From an uncultured Candidatus Saccharibacteria bacterium (GTDB taxonomy: Bacteria > Patescibacteriota > Minisyncoccia > Phycocordibacterales > DSPV01), in the NCBI GenBank assembly GCA_964617735.1, contig CAZTXT010000001.1, forward strand, positions 459,589-523,588: a stretch of 64,000 bases of DNA. The letters run 5' to 3'. Positions within the stretch are counted from its first letter, which is position 1; every line of letters starts with the position of its first letter. A model generated the notes under the pieces. That model was not told the origin of the DNA, ran no database searches, and saw nothing but the letters and a program-made list of their open reading frames with translations. A program made the translations under genes and the position numbers. This document shows positions 1 through 9,029 of this stretch, piece by piece.

Positions 1-980
1 ACGAGCACCGTCCGATTTCAGTGGCTATTCTGCGCGGTGGCCCCTCAAGCGAGCATGAGGTTTCGCTCAAAACCGCCGAAAGTGTTTTTCAGAATCTCTA
101 TCGCGGGAAATATCAGGTCCGTGATATTTTGATCGATAAAGACGGCGTGTGGCATATCGCGGGCTCTGCGCGTAAACCCGAACAGGCCCTGCGGGGGGTG
201 GATGTAGCGTTCATCGCGCTCCATGGAGAATATGGGGAAGACGGGCAGGTCCAGCGCATCCTCGAGCACCTCTCCATTCCCTACACGGGTTCTGACGTCT
301 TCGGTTCGGTGGTAGCGATGAACAAAGTGCTTGCCAAACAGCGTTTGGCGAAGGAAGGGATCAAAACGCCAAGCTTTACGGTTGTTAGAGAAGTTGAAGA
401 GGATAAGGATCAGCAGATCCTCGAGGCATTCCGACAGGTGCCTTTGCCAGTGGTTATCAAGCCCGCGAGTCTGGGTTCTTCCGTTGGCGTTTCGCTGGCG
501 CGCGATTTTTACGGCTTTGAGTCAGGGATCCGCCGTGCGCTCTCACATGCCCCAGTTGCGCTTATCGAAGAATATATTCCGGGCCGGGAGGCCACCTGCG
601 GTGTCATCGAGGGATTTCGGGGGCGCGAGCGGTATGCATTGCTGCCGGTTGAGATTCGTCCTCCCGCGGAGAAGGAACTTTTTGATTACGAGGCAAAATA
701 CTCGGGCATATCGCAAGAAATTTGTCCCGGGAATTTTTCTCCGCAGGATATGACCGAGCTCCAGCGACTTGCGGTCGTTGCACACGATGCTCTGGGCTTA
801 CGGCACTATTCGCGCTCGGATTTTATCGTGACACCCAAGCGCGGCATCTATTTTCTTGAAGCCAATACGCTGCCGGGTCTTACGTCCGAATCTCTCTTGC
901 CCAAAGCCCTGCGCGCCATCGGTTCAGGCCTGCCGGAATTTCTGGATCATGTCATCGAGCTCGCACTTGCAAGACGCTGA
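1..980 (+). CDS. ddl: D-alanine--D-alanine ligase (probably 5'-truncated by the window edge)
   Basis: GGPSSEHEVSL, ALHGEYGEDG, GSSVG, FDYEAKY and EANTLPGLT motifs; frame stays open upstream of the GTG at 21. Confidence 0.95.
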   Translation, partial: EHRPISVAILRGGPSSEHEVSLKTAESVFQNLYRGKYQVRDILIDKDGVWHIAGSARKPEQALRGVDVAFIALHGEYGEDGQVQRILEHLSIPYTGSDVFGSVVAMNKVLAKQRLAKEGIKTPSFTVVREVEEDKDQQILEAFRQVPLPVVIKPASLGSSVGVSLARDFYGFESGIRRALSHAPVALIEEYIPGREATCGVIEGFRGRERYALLPVEIRPPAEKELFDYEAKYSGISQEICPGNFSPQDMTELQRLAVVAHDALGLRHYSRSDFIVTPKRGIYFLEANTLPGLTSESLLPKALRAIGSGLPEFLDHVIELALARR

Positions 981-1010
981 TTCTTGATACATGATGCAGT
1001 ATTCCCTAAC

Positions 1011-1084
1011 GGGCCCGTAGTTCAGTTGGCTAGAACGCCTCATTTGCAATGAGGAGGTCACCGGTTCGAATCCGGTCGGGTCCA
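1011..1084 (+). tRNA. tRNA-Ala(UGC)
   Basis: Acceptor GGGCCCG/CGGGTCC-A with G3:U70; anticodon arm CCTCA-TTTGCAA-TGAGG; T-loop TTCGAAT; no encoded CCA. Confidence 0.96.
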
Positions 1085-1127
1085 AAAAGTAAGCTACAGA
1101 TGCAACGCAGGTGAACTACTTAGCCTA

Positions 1128-1157
1128 TTGCTATAACAAATCATAATTTGTTATAAT
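1128..1157 (+). promoter_or_regulatory. Sigma70-like promoter overlapped by a perfect 10-bp inverted repeat (candidate operator)
   Basis: TTGCTA-18nt-TATAAT; TATAACAAAT-CATA-ATTTGTTATA at 1132-1155. Confidence 0.55.
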
Positions 1158-1171
1158 TTTCTTTTGCATCA

Positions 1172-1492
1172 ATGCAGTTCTCAATAAAGAGAGTTCTCCG
1201 GACATTTTTTTATGTAGTAGCACCGTTTGTGGTATTTGCCGTTCTTTTTGTGGTTAATAATTCAGGTTTACCACACCCAATCTTATTTCTTTCAATTTTA
1301 TTTCTTATTTTCTCGCTATTATTAATCTTCTTAAGACGAAAGACTTCTCCTCAGGATTCAATAGTTGTACGTGGTAAGGATAAGTTTGATGTACTCCTCA
1401 TATTTGCTGGTCTTATTGCAGTAGGTTTTTTTCTGCTGGTTATTTATTATCTTTGGGTTATTAACGAGGTAGCGAGAGTTTCGGCCCAATGA
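1172..1492 (+). CDS. Hypothetical membrane protein (about 3 TM), AT-rich
   Basis: Three hydrophobic segments; promoter upstream; visibly lower GC than flanks. Confidence 0.65.
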   Translation: MQFSIKRVLRTFFYVVAPFVVFAVLFVVNNSGLPHPILFLSILFLIFSLLLIFLRRKTSPQDSIVVRGKDKFDVLLIFAGLIAVGFFLLVIYYLWVINEVARVSAQ

Positions 1493-1577
1493 CCAAAACC
1501 AGCTTCCCTTGAATATTTGGCTTATAGGCTTGGATGGCCATTAGGATTTGGTTTCAATTCACACGGATGTAGTCCAC

Positions 1578-2009
1578 ATGAATCTAGACTCAAGCACACG
1601 ACACGCCATAATTCACACGCTCCACTGCCTGTTGGGCTGTTCGATAGGCGAAGTGCTTGGAATGGTTTTAACCACAGCTCTCAATTGGTCGAACGCCGCT
1701 AATATCATTGTCTCGATAGTGTTATCGTTTTTCTTTGGGTATGCGCTTACCGCATGGTCGCTTTGGAGAAGGGGAGTCGAAACGCGTATTGCGATCCGTA
1801 CTGCAATAGCTACCGATACCGCGTCGATTGTTTCGATGGAAGCAGTCGATAACATCTTTATTTTGCTGGTACCTGGTGCGATAAACGCCGGTCTTGATAC
1901 GTCGCTCTTCTGGATCAGTTTGGTCGTCTCGCTCATCGTCGCTTTCTTTTTTACCGTTCCGGTCAATCGCTGGTTTATTACCAGAAATGAGTATATGCAT
2001 CAGCATTAA
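1578..2009 (+). CDS. DUF4396-family membrane protein
   Basis: HTLHCLLGCSIGEVLG and DTASIVSME motifs, PVNRW near C-terminus; ATG 1578 chosen over TTG 1548. Confidence 0.8.
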   Translation: MNLDSSTRHAIIHTLHCLLGCSIGEVLGMVLTTALNWSNAANIIVSIVLSFFFGYALTAWSLWRRGVETRIAIRTAIATDTASIVSMEAVDNIFILLVPGAINAGLDTSLFWISLVVSLIVAFFFTVPVNRWFITRNEYMHQH

Positions 2010-2015
2010 GAATAC

Positions 2016-2585
2016 ATGACATACTTCACACAGATTAAATATCTTATCTCATACTGGGATCATCGGTTCGCGAACATCCTTGCATCGATCAGAACGCCAT
2101 CGATGGTCGATTTTTTCAGCGCTGTTACCTTCTTGGGACAGTGGGAGATCGTAGTTGTGCTCGCGCTTGTCGTATCGGGAGTTTTCTGGCTCAAGCACCG
2201 GCGCGGATATATATTTCCTCTCTGGCTTGCGCTTGCGGGAAGCGAGGGGGTTGTGATGGTCCTTAAATTGCTGGTGCATCGCGCACGACCGGCTGTGGCA
2301 CTTTTGGCGGAGCATGATTTTTCGTTCCCAAGCGGCCATGCGGCCATTTCGATGGCCTTTTACGGTTTCGTTGTCTATGCATATTTTCGTGTGGCGAAGA
2401 CTTCTTCGCAGAAGGTGATCCAGGTGCTCCTTGGTTCCCTTATCATCGTTCTCGTGGGCGTAAGCCGTCTGTACCTGGGCGTACACTTCATGAGCGACGT
2501 TGTTGCAGGCTACTTCGTCGGAACGTTCTGGCTTTTAGTCGGTATGGTGATCTCCGAACGCTTGAACAAAAACGATTTATCCTAA
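2016..2585 (+). CDS. PAP2-family phosphatase (undecaprenyl-pyrophosphate phosphatase-like)
   Basis: KxxxxRxRP, SFPSGH and SRLYLGVHFMSDV motifs. Confidence 0.9.
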   Translation: MTYFTQIKYLISYWDHRFANILASIRTPSMVDFFSAVTFLGQWEIVVVLALVVSGVFWLKHRRGYIFPLWLALAGSEGVVMVLKLLVHRARPAVALLAEHDFSFPSGHAAISMAFYGFVVYAYFRVAKTSSQKVIQVLLGSLIIVLVGVSRLYLGVHFMSDVVAGYFVGTFWLLVGMVISERLNKNDLS

Positions 2586-2598
2586 ATACAGATTAGAT

Positions 2599-2762
2599 TG
2601 GACCTGGGGAATCTCGACTACCGTCGCGGGTGTTTTTCGACCTCGCAGACTCGGTAACGAAAAAGCCTTTCGATTCCCCCACACAACATGCGTAGGCACG
2701 TTGCTCAGCTCCATAGACAAAGATCGCCGCTTTCGCGACTGATTTTTGTTTCTATGGACCTG
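2599..2762. repeat. Palindromic element carrying direct and inverted copies of the tRNA-Ala(CGC) 3' end
   Basis: TGGACCTGGGGAATC (2599-2613) vs tRNA TGGACCTGGGGGGAATC (2755-2771); inverted T-arm copy TTCGATTCCCCC (2669-2680); imperfect hairpin 2706-2762. Confidence 0.65.
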
Positions 2763-2825
2763 GGGGGAATCGAACCCCCGCCTCGTCAATGCGAATGACG
2801 CGTCGTACCACTAGACTACAGGCCC
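2755..2825 (-). tRNA. tRNA-Ala(CGC)
   Basis: GGGCCTG/CAGGTCC-A with G3:U70; anticodon arm CGTCA-TTCGCAT-TGACG; T-loop TTCGATT. Confidence 0.93.
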
Positions 2826-2828
2826 CTA

Positions 2829-2899
2829 TCGGGATGCCGGGAATCGAACCCGGGCCTCACGTACCCGAAACGTGTATACTACCTCTATACTACATCCCG
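2829..2899 (-). tRNA. tRNA-Pro(CGG)
   Basis: CGGGATG/CATCCCG-A; anticodon arm CACGT-TTCGGGT-ACGTG; T-loop TTCGATT. Confidence 0.93.
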
Positions 2900-3041
2900 T
2901 TATGTCGGGTTTGCTTATTATACTGAAAGAGCACTTATAGACAACGCTCTTTTATTAGAATTTGGCGCCTATTGACGGAAAGATCGAGATACTTTAGATT
3001 TCTCTTTTAGAATCCAGAAACGATTAGAAAGGAAGGTACGC

Positions 3042-3338
3042 ATGTTGCGACAGGAAGTGCTCGAACATATCGCCAACCAAGCATCAGAGCAGTTGGCGGG
3101 AGAGCGGCGCCAGGGGTTTTTACTGGCGCTTAAGTACGATGAACAAAAGAGCCTCCGGATCATTGAAGAGAATCTGATGATCGCGATCAGAGAGGCTGCG
3201 CGAGGAACCAGACAGACGATCGCATTGGGTGATCGGAATCATCAAAAGGAGGTTGCAAAAGAAATTCTTGGATATTTCAAGACCCACTTTGCTCGCGAGA
3301 TATCTGCACTGAAACCTCGTTGCAGTTGTCTTGAATAA
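3042..3338 (+). CDS. Hypothetical protein (orphan, SD-led)
   Basis: GAAAGGAAGG upstream of ATG; terminator-like hairpin at about 3361-3392. Confidence 0.65.
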   Translation: MLRQEVLEHIANQASEQLAGERRQGFLLALKYDEQKSLRIIEENLMIAIREAARGTRQTIALGDRNHQKEVAKEILGYFKTHFAREISALKPRCSCLE

Positions 3339-3405
3339 AGAGGTAAGTAAACACCGAACTAAAACCGCGACTTGAGAGCCGCGGTTTTTCTTTTGGGAAG
3401 AATTT

Positions 3406-4152
3406 CTAGATTTGGATCTTATTGAAAAAGTAGCTTCCAAGCCAGAGGAAGACAACCGTGATCGCGGTGAGGAGGCCGAGGTCTAAACCCATGTTGAAGT
3501 GCCCTGCGCTTATGAGAAGCGCTCTGATCGCGTCGATACCATAAGTGAGCGGATCAATGCGGGCAGCGATAGCAAGTCCCGTCGGAAGTCCGTTAAGCGG
3601 GAAGAGCGAGCCGGAGAGAAAAAAGAGCGGCATGATGAGGAAGTTCATGATGAGCTGGAAGCCCTGCATGTCTTCAAGGAGGGATGCCACTGCGGTGCCG
3701 AGCGCCGTGAACAGAAGCGCAACTAGAAACATCACCGGAATAGCAATAAGGATACCCCACCAATTTGTCGGCCGGAATCCAAAAAGCAGGGACATCACGA
3801 GCACGAAGATTCCCTGAATCGTGGCAACCGTCGCTCCGCCGAGCGTCCGGCCTATCATGATGTTGAGACGCGACATCGGCGCCACCATCATCTCTTTGAG
3901 GAATCCGAATTGCCTGTCCCAGATTATCTCGATGCCGGAAAACATCGCGGTGAAAATGATACCCATGCCGATGATGCCGGGAGCTAAGAAGTTGAGATAG
4001 TTCCCTTGACCAGCCTGCTGGAAAACCGAGCCGAAACCGTAGCCCAGTGCCAAAAGAAATAGGATCGGCTGGGCCAGAGAACCTACGATGCGCGACTTCG
4101 AGCGAATGTATCGCTTGAGTTGTCGGAGCCAGAGAATGTAGATTTTATTCAT
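3406..4152 (-). CDS. ABC-2 type transporter permease (DrrB-like)
   Basis: IIWDRQFGFLKEMMVAP, PLFFLSGSLFP and DPLTYGIDAIR motifs; start MNKIY at 4152. Confidence 0.92.
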   Translation of the reverse strand: MNKIYILWLRQLKRYIRSKSRIVGSLAQPILFLLALGYGFGSVFQQAGQGNYLNFLAPGIIGMGIIFTAMFSGIEIIWDRQFGFLKEMMVAPMSRLNIMIGRTLGGATVATIQGIFVLVMSLLFGFRPTNWWGILIAIPVMFLVALLFTALGTAVASLLEDMQGFQLIMNFLIMPLFFLSGSLFPLNGLPTGLAIAARIDPLTYGIDAIRALLISAGHFNMGLDLGLLTAITVVFLWLGSYFFNKIQI

Positions 4153-4172
4153 GGGTTTATGATTGCACCAGT

Positions 4173-4976
4173 TTACTTTTTTCCGCCGCGCCACATTCGT
4201 GCCATTTGGCGCATTTGATCGGTTGAAGAGGATGCCTCTTCGCGGATAGTCTCGCCGGTCAATTTCAAGAATGCTTCCTCCAGGGTTTTGGTGCTGGTTC
4301 GGAGTGTAAGGTCGTCGAGCGTTCCCGAAGCTACGATCCTGCCATGATCAATGATCGCGATACGCTCTGCGATCTTTGCGGCTTCTTCCATATAGTGTGT
4401 CGTGAAGAAAATAGTCGTACCCTCGGTTTTATTCAGTTTCTTCAAATAGTCCCACATATGATTTCGGGTCTGGGGGTCAAGGCCCAAAGTCGGCTCATCA
4501 AGAAAAATGATCTTCGGATGGTGCAGAAGCCCCCGCGCGATCTCCAGTCGCCGCTTCATACCACCCGAAAATTCTTTGACCAAGCTGTCTCTACGATCTG
4601 AAAGGTCAACGAACGAAAGAAGTTCACCGATCCGCTTTTTACGTACTTCGTACGGAACATCGTAGAGCACCCCATGGAACTCCATGTTCTCCCATGCAGT
4701 CAACTCATCGTCGAGAGACGGGTCCTGAAAGACGATACCGAAGGAGCGGCGAACTTTCTTCGGATGTATTACCGGATCATCCCCGTTGACGATGAGCGTT
4801 CCGCTGGTCGGATGTAAAAGCGTAGTGAGCATCTTTATCGTCGTAGATTTTCCGGCACCATTGGGCCCAAGAAACGCAAAAATCTCGCCCTTCTGTACTG
4901 AAAAGCTCACCTCGTTAACCGCGGTGAAGTTCTTGAATTTTTTAGTTAATTTCTCGGCTTTTATGATTTCGGGCAT
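4173..4976 (-). CDS. ABC transporter ATP-binding protein (DrrA-like)
   Basis: Walker A GPNGAGKST, signature FSGGM, Walker B IIFLDEP, H-loop TTHY. Confidence 0.95.
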   Translation of the reverse strand: MPEIIKAEKLTKKFKNFTAVNEVSFSVQKGEIFAFLGPNGAGKSTTIKMLTTLLHPTSGTLIVNGDDPVIHPKKVRRSFGIVFQDPSLDDELTAWENMEFHGVLYDVPYEVRKKRIGELLSFVDLSDRRDSLVKEFSGGMKRRLEIARGLLHHPKIIFLDEPTLGLDPQTRNHMWDYLKKLNKTEGTTIFFTTHYMEEAAKIAERIAIIDHGRIVASGTLDDLTLRTSTKTLEEAFLKLTGETIREEASSSTDQMRQMARMWRGGKK

Positions 4977-5110
4977 ATAGGGGTGTTATTCTACCATATC
5001 TATACGTGTTCATAACTTGATTGGAGTGCACGGAAGTCGCGCTATAATGAACTTCAGGTGAAGATTATAAGGTCGCTTAGTTTTAATAAACGCAGAAACT
5101 GCAAAAAATC

Positions 5111-5344
5111 ATGAAAAGTCATATGGGTCTGCATATGGTCACATTCATCCTTCTCATCGTGGGAGGTTTGAACTGGCTGTTGCGCGTTTTCGGCTGGGAT
5201 CTGGAGGGATTGGGTCTATCGATGACCATCGACAAGATCATCTATCTCCTCGTCGGTCTCTCGGCGATCTATGAGATCGTGACGCATAAAGGCCGCTGCA
5301 AAGAGTGCAAGCCGGATGGGGCTGCGATGGGTGGGGCGATGTAG
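5111..5344 (+). CDS. DUF378-family small membrane protein
   Basis: LLIVGGLNW and IIYLLVGLSAIY motifs; C-terminal HKxxCxxC. Confidence 0.85.
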   Translation: MKSHMGLHMVTFILLIVGGLNWLLRVFGWDLEGLGLSMTIDKIIYLLVGLSAIYEIVTHKGRCKECKPDGAAMGGAM

Positions 5345-5370
5345 GTCCCACTCTCTCCGAGCATATTCAA

Positions 5371-5400
5371 AAACACCGCGGCCTAAAGGCCGCGGTGTTT
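5371..5400. terminator. Intrinsic terminator hairpin
   Basis: AAACACCGCGGCC-TAAA-GGCCGCGGTGTTT perfect 13-bp stem. Confidence 0.75.
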
Positions 5401-5542
5401 CGTTGCCGCTGATCTGACATTTGACGATACAGTGCTTTTCATGGTACTGTCTATACAGTTCATTCACACGGCGCTTCACGAGCCTAACCAAACTTGCCCA
5501 ATGACGGGACGAGTCGTGAGGATATACAGAAGAAAGGAATGC

Positions 5543-6157
5543 ATGGAGATGAATAGAATCGACGCGGATATCACCGAGCCGAGAGAAAAACCGGAAGTTC
5601 TTATGTCGGTCAATTTCCCGGTTCAGTTCGGCGAGAAAGACACTTCGCATGTCTTGATCGTTAATAGTTCCTACACCTACACTGACGGCTTGTTCTTAGA
5701 CAAGCGCAATCTCTTGCAGCCGCTCAAGAAACAATGGTTCGATCTGGAGGCAATAAACTTCAAATCTCCGGTGACGATTAAACAAGTGACTAGCTATCTT
5801 CGATCCGAAGGGAAGGAGCCTGCACTGCCGGAGCATCACTTAGCTTTAGGCTCCCACTATCCGATGGTGAATTCGGAACTCCGAGGGAAGCTTGAGAATA
5901 TGATTCGCGGGAAGTTCGGTAAGCCGATGAGCCCTGAAGACGCTCATGCAGTGGAAGTGGCGAGCGAAGTCCTTGAAAAAGGACACCTTACCTTGATCAG
6001 TACGGGTAGGGTCATGGAAACTCGTGTACGCGAGCACCACGTCTATCTGGGTTTTTCTATGAATGGTCCTTTTGGGTTCGGCACGAGCCTGGTCGGCTTC
6101 GTGGCGGATCCCGATAGGGTCTGGCGTCAAGATACGTTCTTTCTCGCAGTCAATTAG
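5543..6157 (+). CDS. Hypothetical protein (SD-led orphan; probable distant paralog of 36113-36571)
   Basis: GAAAGGA upstream; EPALPEHHLALGSHYP and C-terminal WRQDTFFLAV; terminator at about 6177-6218. Confidence 0.7.
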   Translation: MEMNRIDADITEPREKPEVLMSVNFPVQFGEKDTSHVLIVNSSYTYTDGLFLDKRNLLQPLKKQWFDLEAINFKSPVTIKQVTSYLRSEGKEPALPEHHLALGSHYPMVNSELRGKLENMIRGKFGKPMSPEDAHAVEVASEVLEKGHLTLISTGRVMETRVREHHVYLGFSMNGPFGFGTSLVGFVADPDRVWRQDTFFLAVN

Positions 6158-6254
6158 TAATCTTTGTTGGTGGTTTAGAAACCGCTTGGGCTGTTAAAAC
6201 AGCTCAAGCGGTTTTTTTATTTTCTTCGAATCCGTGCTCCCTTGCTTCACTCAA

Positions 6255-6328
6255 TGCGCCCTGGAGGGTTCGAACCTCCGACCTTTCGAATGTGAATCGA
6301 ACGCTCTAACCAACTGAGCTAAGGGCGC
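6255..6328 (-). tRNA. tRNA-Val(CAC)
   Basis: GCGCCCT/AGGGCGC-A; anticodon arm TTCGA-TTCACAT-TCGAA; T-loop TTCGAAC. Confidence 0.93.
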
Positions 6329-6393
6329 AAACGAATCAATTATACATAGCAATTTCAAATTCTCCAGAATTCGGATATACTTTGAAGTCTCAA

Positions 6394-6467
6394 GGGCCGG
6401 TAGCTCAGCTGGCTAGAGCGCCGCTATGGCATAGCGGAGGTCGTGGGTTCGAACCCCATCCGGTCCA
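6394..6467 (+). tRNA. tRNA-Ala(GGC)
   Basis: GGGCCGG/CCGGTCC-A with G3:U70; anticodon arm CCGCT-ATGGCAT-AGCGG. Confidence 0.95.
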
Positions 6468-6471
6468 CAAC

Positions 6472-7905
6472 GTGAACCAAAATAATAAAAATAATGTGGA
6501 TCCGACCGTGCTCGTCATCTTTGGCGCGACAGGGGATTTGGCGCAGTCTAAGCTTTACCCCGCCCTTTTTGATCTTTTCTCAAAAAACGTTCTGCCACGG
6601 AAATTCTCAATAACCGCTTTTGCGCGCCGCGAATATACTGACGAAACCTATCGGCAGTTTGTGCGCGCTGCTCTTGTAGCAAGAAAATCCAGCGCGCCGG
6701 AGAAGGCACTCGATGACTTCCTCGGTTTGATCCGCTATGTCAAAGGTGATTTTGATGATGATGCTTCGTATCATGCGCTGGCCACGTATCTCTCCAAAGT
6801 AGATGCTGATTTTAATATCTGCTCGAACAAACTCTTCTATCTCGCGGTCCCACCATCGCTCTATGAAAATATCCTCAACCGCTTATCGAGCTCGGGGCTT
6901 ACGATTCCCTGTGGTGGAGACGAGGGATGGACTCGGGTACTTATAGAGAAACCGTTCGGCAATAACATCGAGACTGCGCGGAGGTTGGATCAGTTGCTTG
7001 GAAAACTTTTTGATGAATCGCAGATATTCCGCATCGATCACTACCTCGCTAAAGAAACACTCCAAAATATCCTCGTCTTTCGTTTTTCCAATTCACTTTT
7101 TGAGCCGATCTGGAATCGTACGTACATTGAAAGGATAGAGATACAGATGTATGAGCAGGCATCTGCTGCAGGCCGCGGCGCTTTCTACGATCCTATCGGT
7201 GCCTTACGCGACGTCGGTCAGAACCATCTTTTGGCAATGCTCTCGCTCATCACGATGGAATACCCAGAGAATTTTTCAGCTACTGCCATTCAAAAAGAAC
7301 GCGCGCGGGTTCTGAAAGCCCTTACTCCGATAACGGGTTCTTTGGTGCGAAAGGTTGTGCGTGGTCAGTACGAGGGATATCGGCAGGAAAAGGGCGTGCA
7401 AGAGAGTTCGACTACTGAAACTTTTTTTTCTTTGGTCGCATTTGTTAAAAATAGCCGCTGGAAGGGAGTGCCGATAGAAATTTCCGCAGGCAAAGCTCTT
7501 TCGCAAACAAAAACCGAGATAACCATTCATTTCAAAGATGTCTCTATGAGCTCACAGGACGTAAAAACGAACCCGAACCGGCTGACCTTCCGTATTCAAC
7601 CCAACGAAGGAATATCAATCCTATTCTGGGTGAAAAAGCCGGGTTTTGAGAATGTCGCCCGCCCCGAAGAGCTCTCATTCAATTATGCCGATAACGCGGA
7701 GACAAAATTGATGCCTGATGCGTACGAGCGTGTGCTCTACGACTGTGTCCGTGGCGATCAGACGCTTTTTGCCAGCACCACGGAAATGGAGGCGGCATGG
7801 AAATTCATCACGCCCATCCTTTCGCGCTGGAAGAACAATCCCTTGCGCACCTATCGGAAGGGCGAAGCGGTCGAGAATATAATCTCCCCTCATCCAAAGA
7901 AATGA
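6472..7905 (+). CDS. zwf: Glucose-6-phosphate 1-dehydrogenase
   Basis: GATGDLA, EKPFG, RIDHYLAKE, RDVGQNH and DAYERVL motifs; start moved to GTG 6472 (or 6496) because the ORF-track start overlaps the tRNA. Confidence 0.95.
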   Translation: MNQNNKNNVDPTVLVIFGATGDLAQSKLYPALFDLFSKNVLPRKFSITAFARREYTDETYRQFVRAALVARKSSAPEKALDDFLGLIRYVKGDFDDDASYHALATYLSKVDADFNICSNKLFYLAVPPSLYENILNRLSSSGLTIPCGGDEGWTRVLIEKPFGNNIETARRLDQLLGKLFDESQIFRIDHYLAKETLQNILVFRFSNSLFEPIWNRTYIERIEIQMYEQASAAGRGAFYDPIGALRDVGQNHLLAMLSLITMEYPENFSATAIQKERARVLKALTPITGSLVRKVVRGQYEGYRQEKGVQESSTTETFFSLVAFVKNSRWKGVPIEISAGKALSQTKTEITIHFKDVSMSSQDVKTNPNRLTFRIQPNEGISILFWVKKPGFENVARPEELSFNYADNAETKLMPDAYERVLYDCVRGDQTLFASTTEMEAAWKFITPILSRWKNNPLRTYRKGEAVENIISPHPKK

Positions 7906-8615
7906 AGGTAATAAATTGCCTTGATCCGCAGACAGCCTTAAAAAAAGCGGGAGAAGCGCTCGATGGTGCTCTGCGCAACGTCGAGGGGAACGTCCTTCTG
8001 TTCATTTCGGGCGGTTCGTCGCTCAACGTCTTGCGCTTTGTGGAAAGGATTCCGCGACACCTTACGATCGCATTGGTGGATGAGCGGATAAGTCAGCGGC
8101 CGGAAGATTCTAACTGGCATGCTTTCACCCAGACGAACTATTATCGGAATGCACACGCCTCGGGCGTGATTTTTTTACCGATCCCGACACACGGCTCGGT
8201 CCATGAAAGTGCTGTCCACTATGAGCAAAACGTGCGCAAAATATTTCAGAAAGATGCCGGACGCGTGCTCGCGCTCTTGGGAGTCGGTACTGATGGCCAT
8301 ATTGCCGGGGTCATGCCCTATCCAAAAGACGAGATCGAGTTTGAAAACCGGTTTCTAGATCCTGATCGATGGGTCGTGGGATATGATGCAAGCGGGAAGA
8401 GTCCGTATCCACATCGGGTTACGCTCTCCCTGGATTTTCTCAAGATGCGGGTGCATCAGAGCATCGTCGCCGCATTTGGTGTCGAAAAATACCGTGCGCT
8501 GGAGCGCACGGTCGCACGCACAGGCGCTATCGCTGAAACGCCCGCGCGAATCCTTCGTTCGATGAACAAAGTCCAGCTCTTCACAGACATAGGTGTTTGC
8601 TCGGAAAGTCGTTAA
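7902..8615 (+). CDS. pgl: 6-phosphogluconolactonase
   Basis: ISGGSS, VDER, SNW and LGVGTDGHIAG motifs; ATGA overlap with the zwf stop. Confidence 0.85.
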   Translation: MKVINCLDPQTALKKAGEALDGALRNVEGNVLLFISGGSSLNVLRFVERIPRHLTIALVDERISQRPEDSNWHAFTQTNYYRNAHASGVIFLPIPTHGSVHESAVHYEQNVRKIFQKDAGRVLALLGVGTDGHIAGVMPYPKDEIEFENRFLDPDRWVVGYDASGKSPYPHRVTLSLDFLKMRVHQSIVAAFGVEKYRALERTVARTGAIAETPARILRSMNKVQLFTDIGVCSESR

Positions 8616-8681
8616 TTGACATGGCTGGGTCGTTTTTGATTTACTGGGCATAGAAATAACTCTAGAAAGGAGGATTGTGTC

Positions 8682-8930
8682 ATGGCAGTGCCCCCTAGAA
8701 AACACCGCAAAGTCCCTCAAAAAGGAGATCAGAGTTTTAATGCGTGCCCTTCTACCGCAGACTTACTCCTGTTTGATGGTGGGGACAAAAAGCTTTGGAG
8801 ACTAACGGATATGCGCGCTGCGGCCATTGAGCGGCATCTGAAGACTTGTTCAAAGTGTCGGGAGCGTACAAAAGCCGTTGTTGCCAACTTCCAGAAGGTA
8901 ATGACAAAGATCATATCTGGAGCCCGCTGA
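8682..8930 (+). CDS. Small zinc-finger (zf-HC2/ZAS anti-sigma-like) protein
   Basis: IERHLKTCSKCRE (HxxxCxxC) plus upstream Cys; SD GAAAGGAGG; TTGACA upstream; terminator at about 8946-8974. Confidence 0.7.
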   Translation: MAVPPRKHRKVPQKGDQSFNACPSTADLLLFDGGDKKLWRLTDMRAAAIERHLKTCSKCRERTKAVVANFQKVMTKIISGAR

Positions 8931-9029
8931 TAAAAGGAGCTGATCGAACCGGAAGCAACTGCTTCCGGTTTTTTAAACCCGAGGTCGAAATAATTTGAGG
9001 TTTTGGTCGTTCTTGAGTAATATCACAGA

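Noticed and set aside
6382-6471. N-terminal extension of Zwf in the ORF track
   Set aside because: It is the translated tRNA-Ala(GGC) sequence
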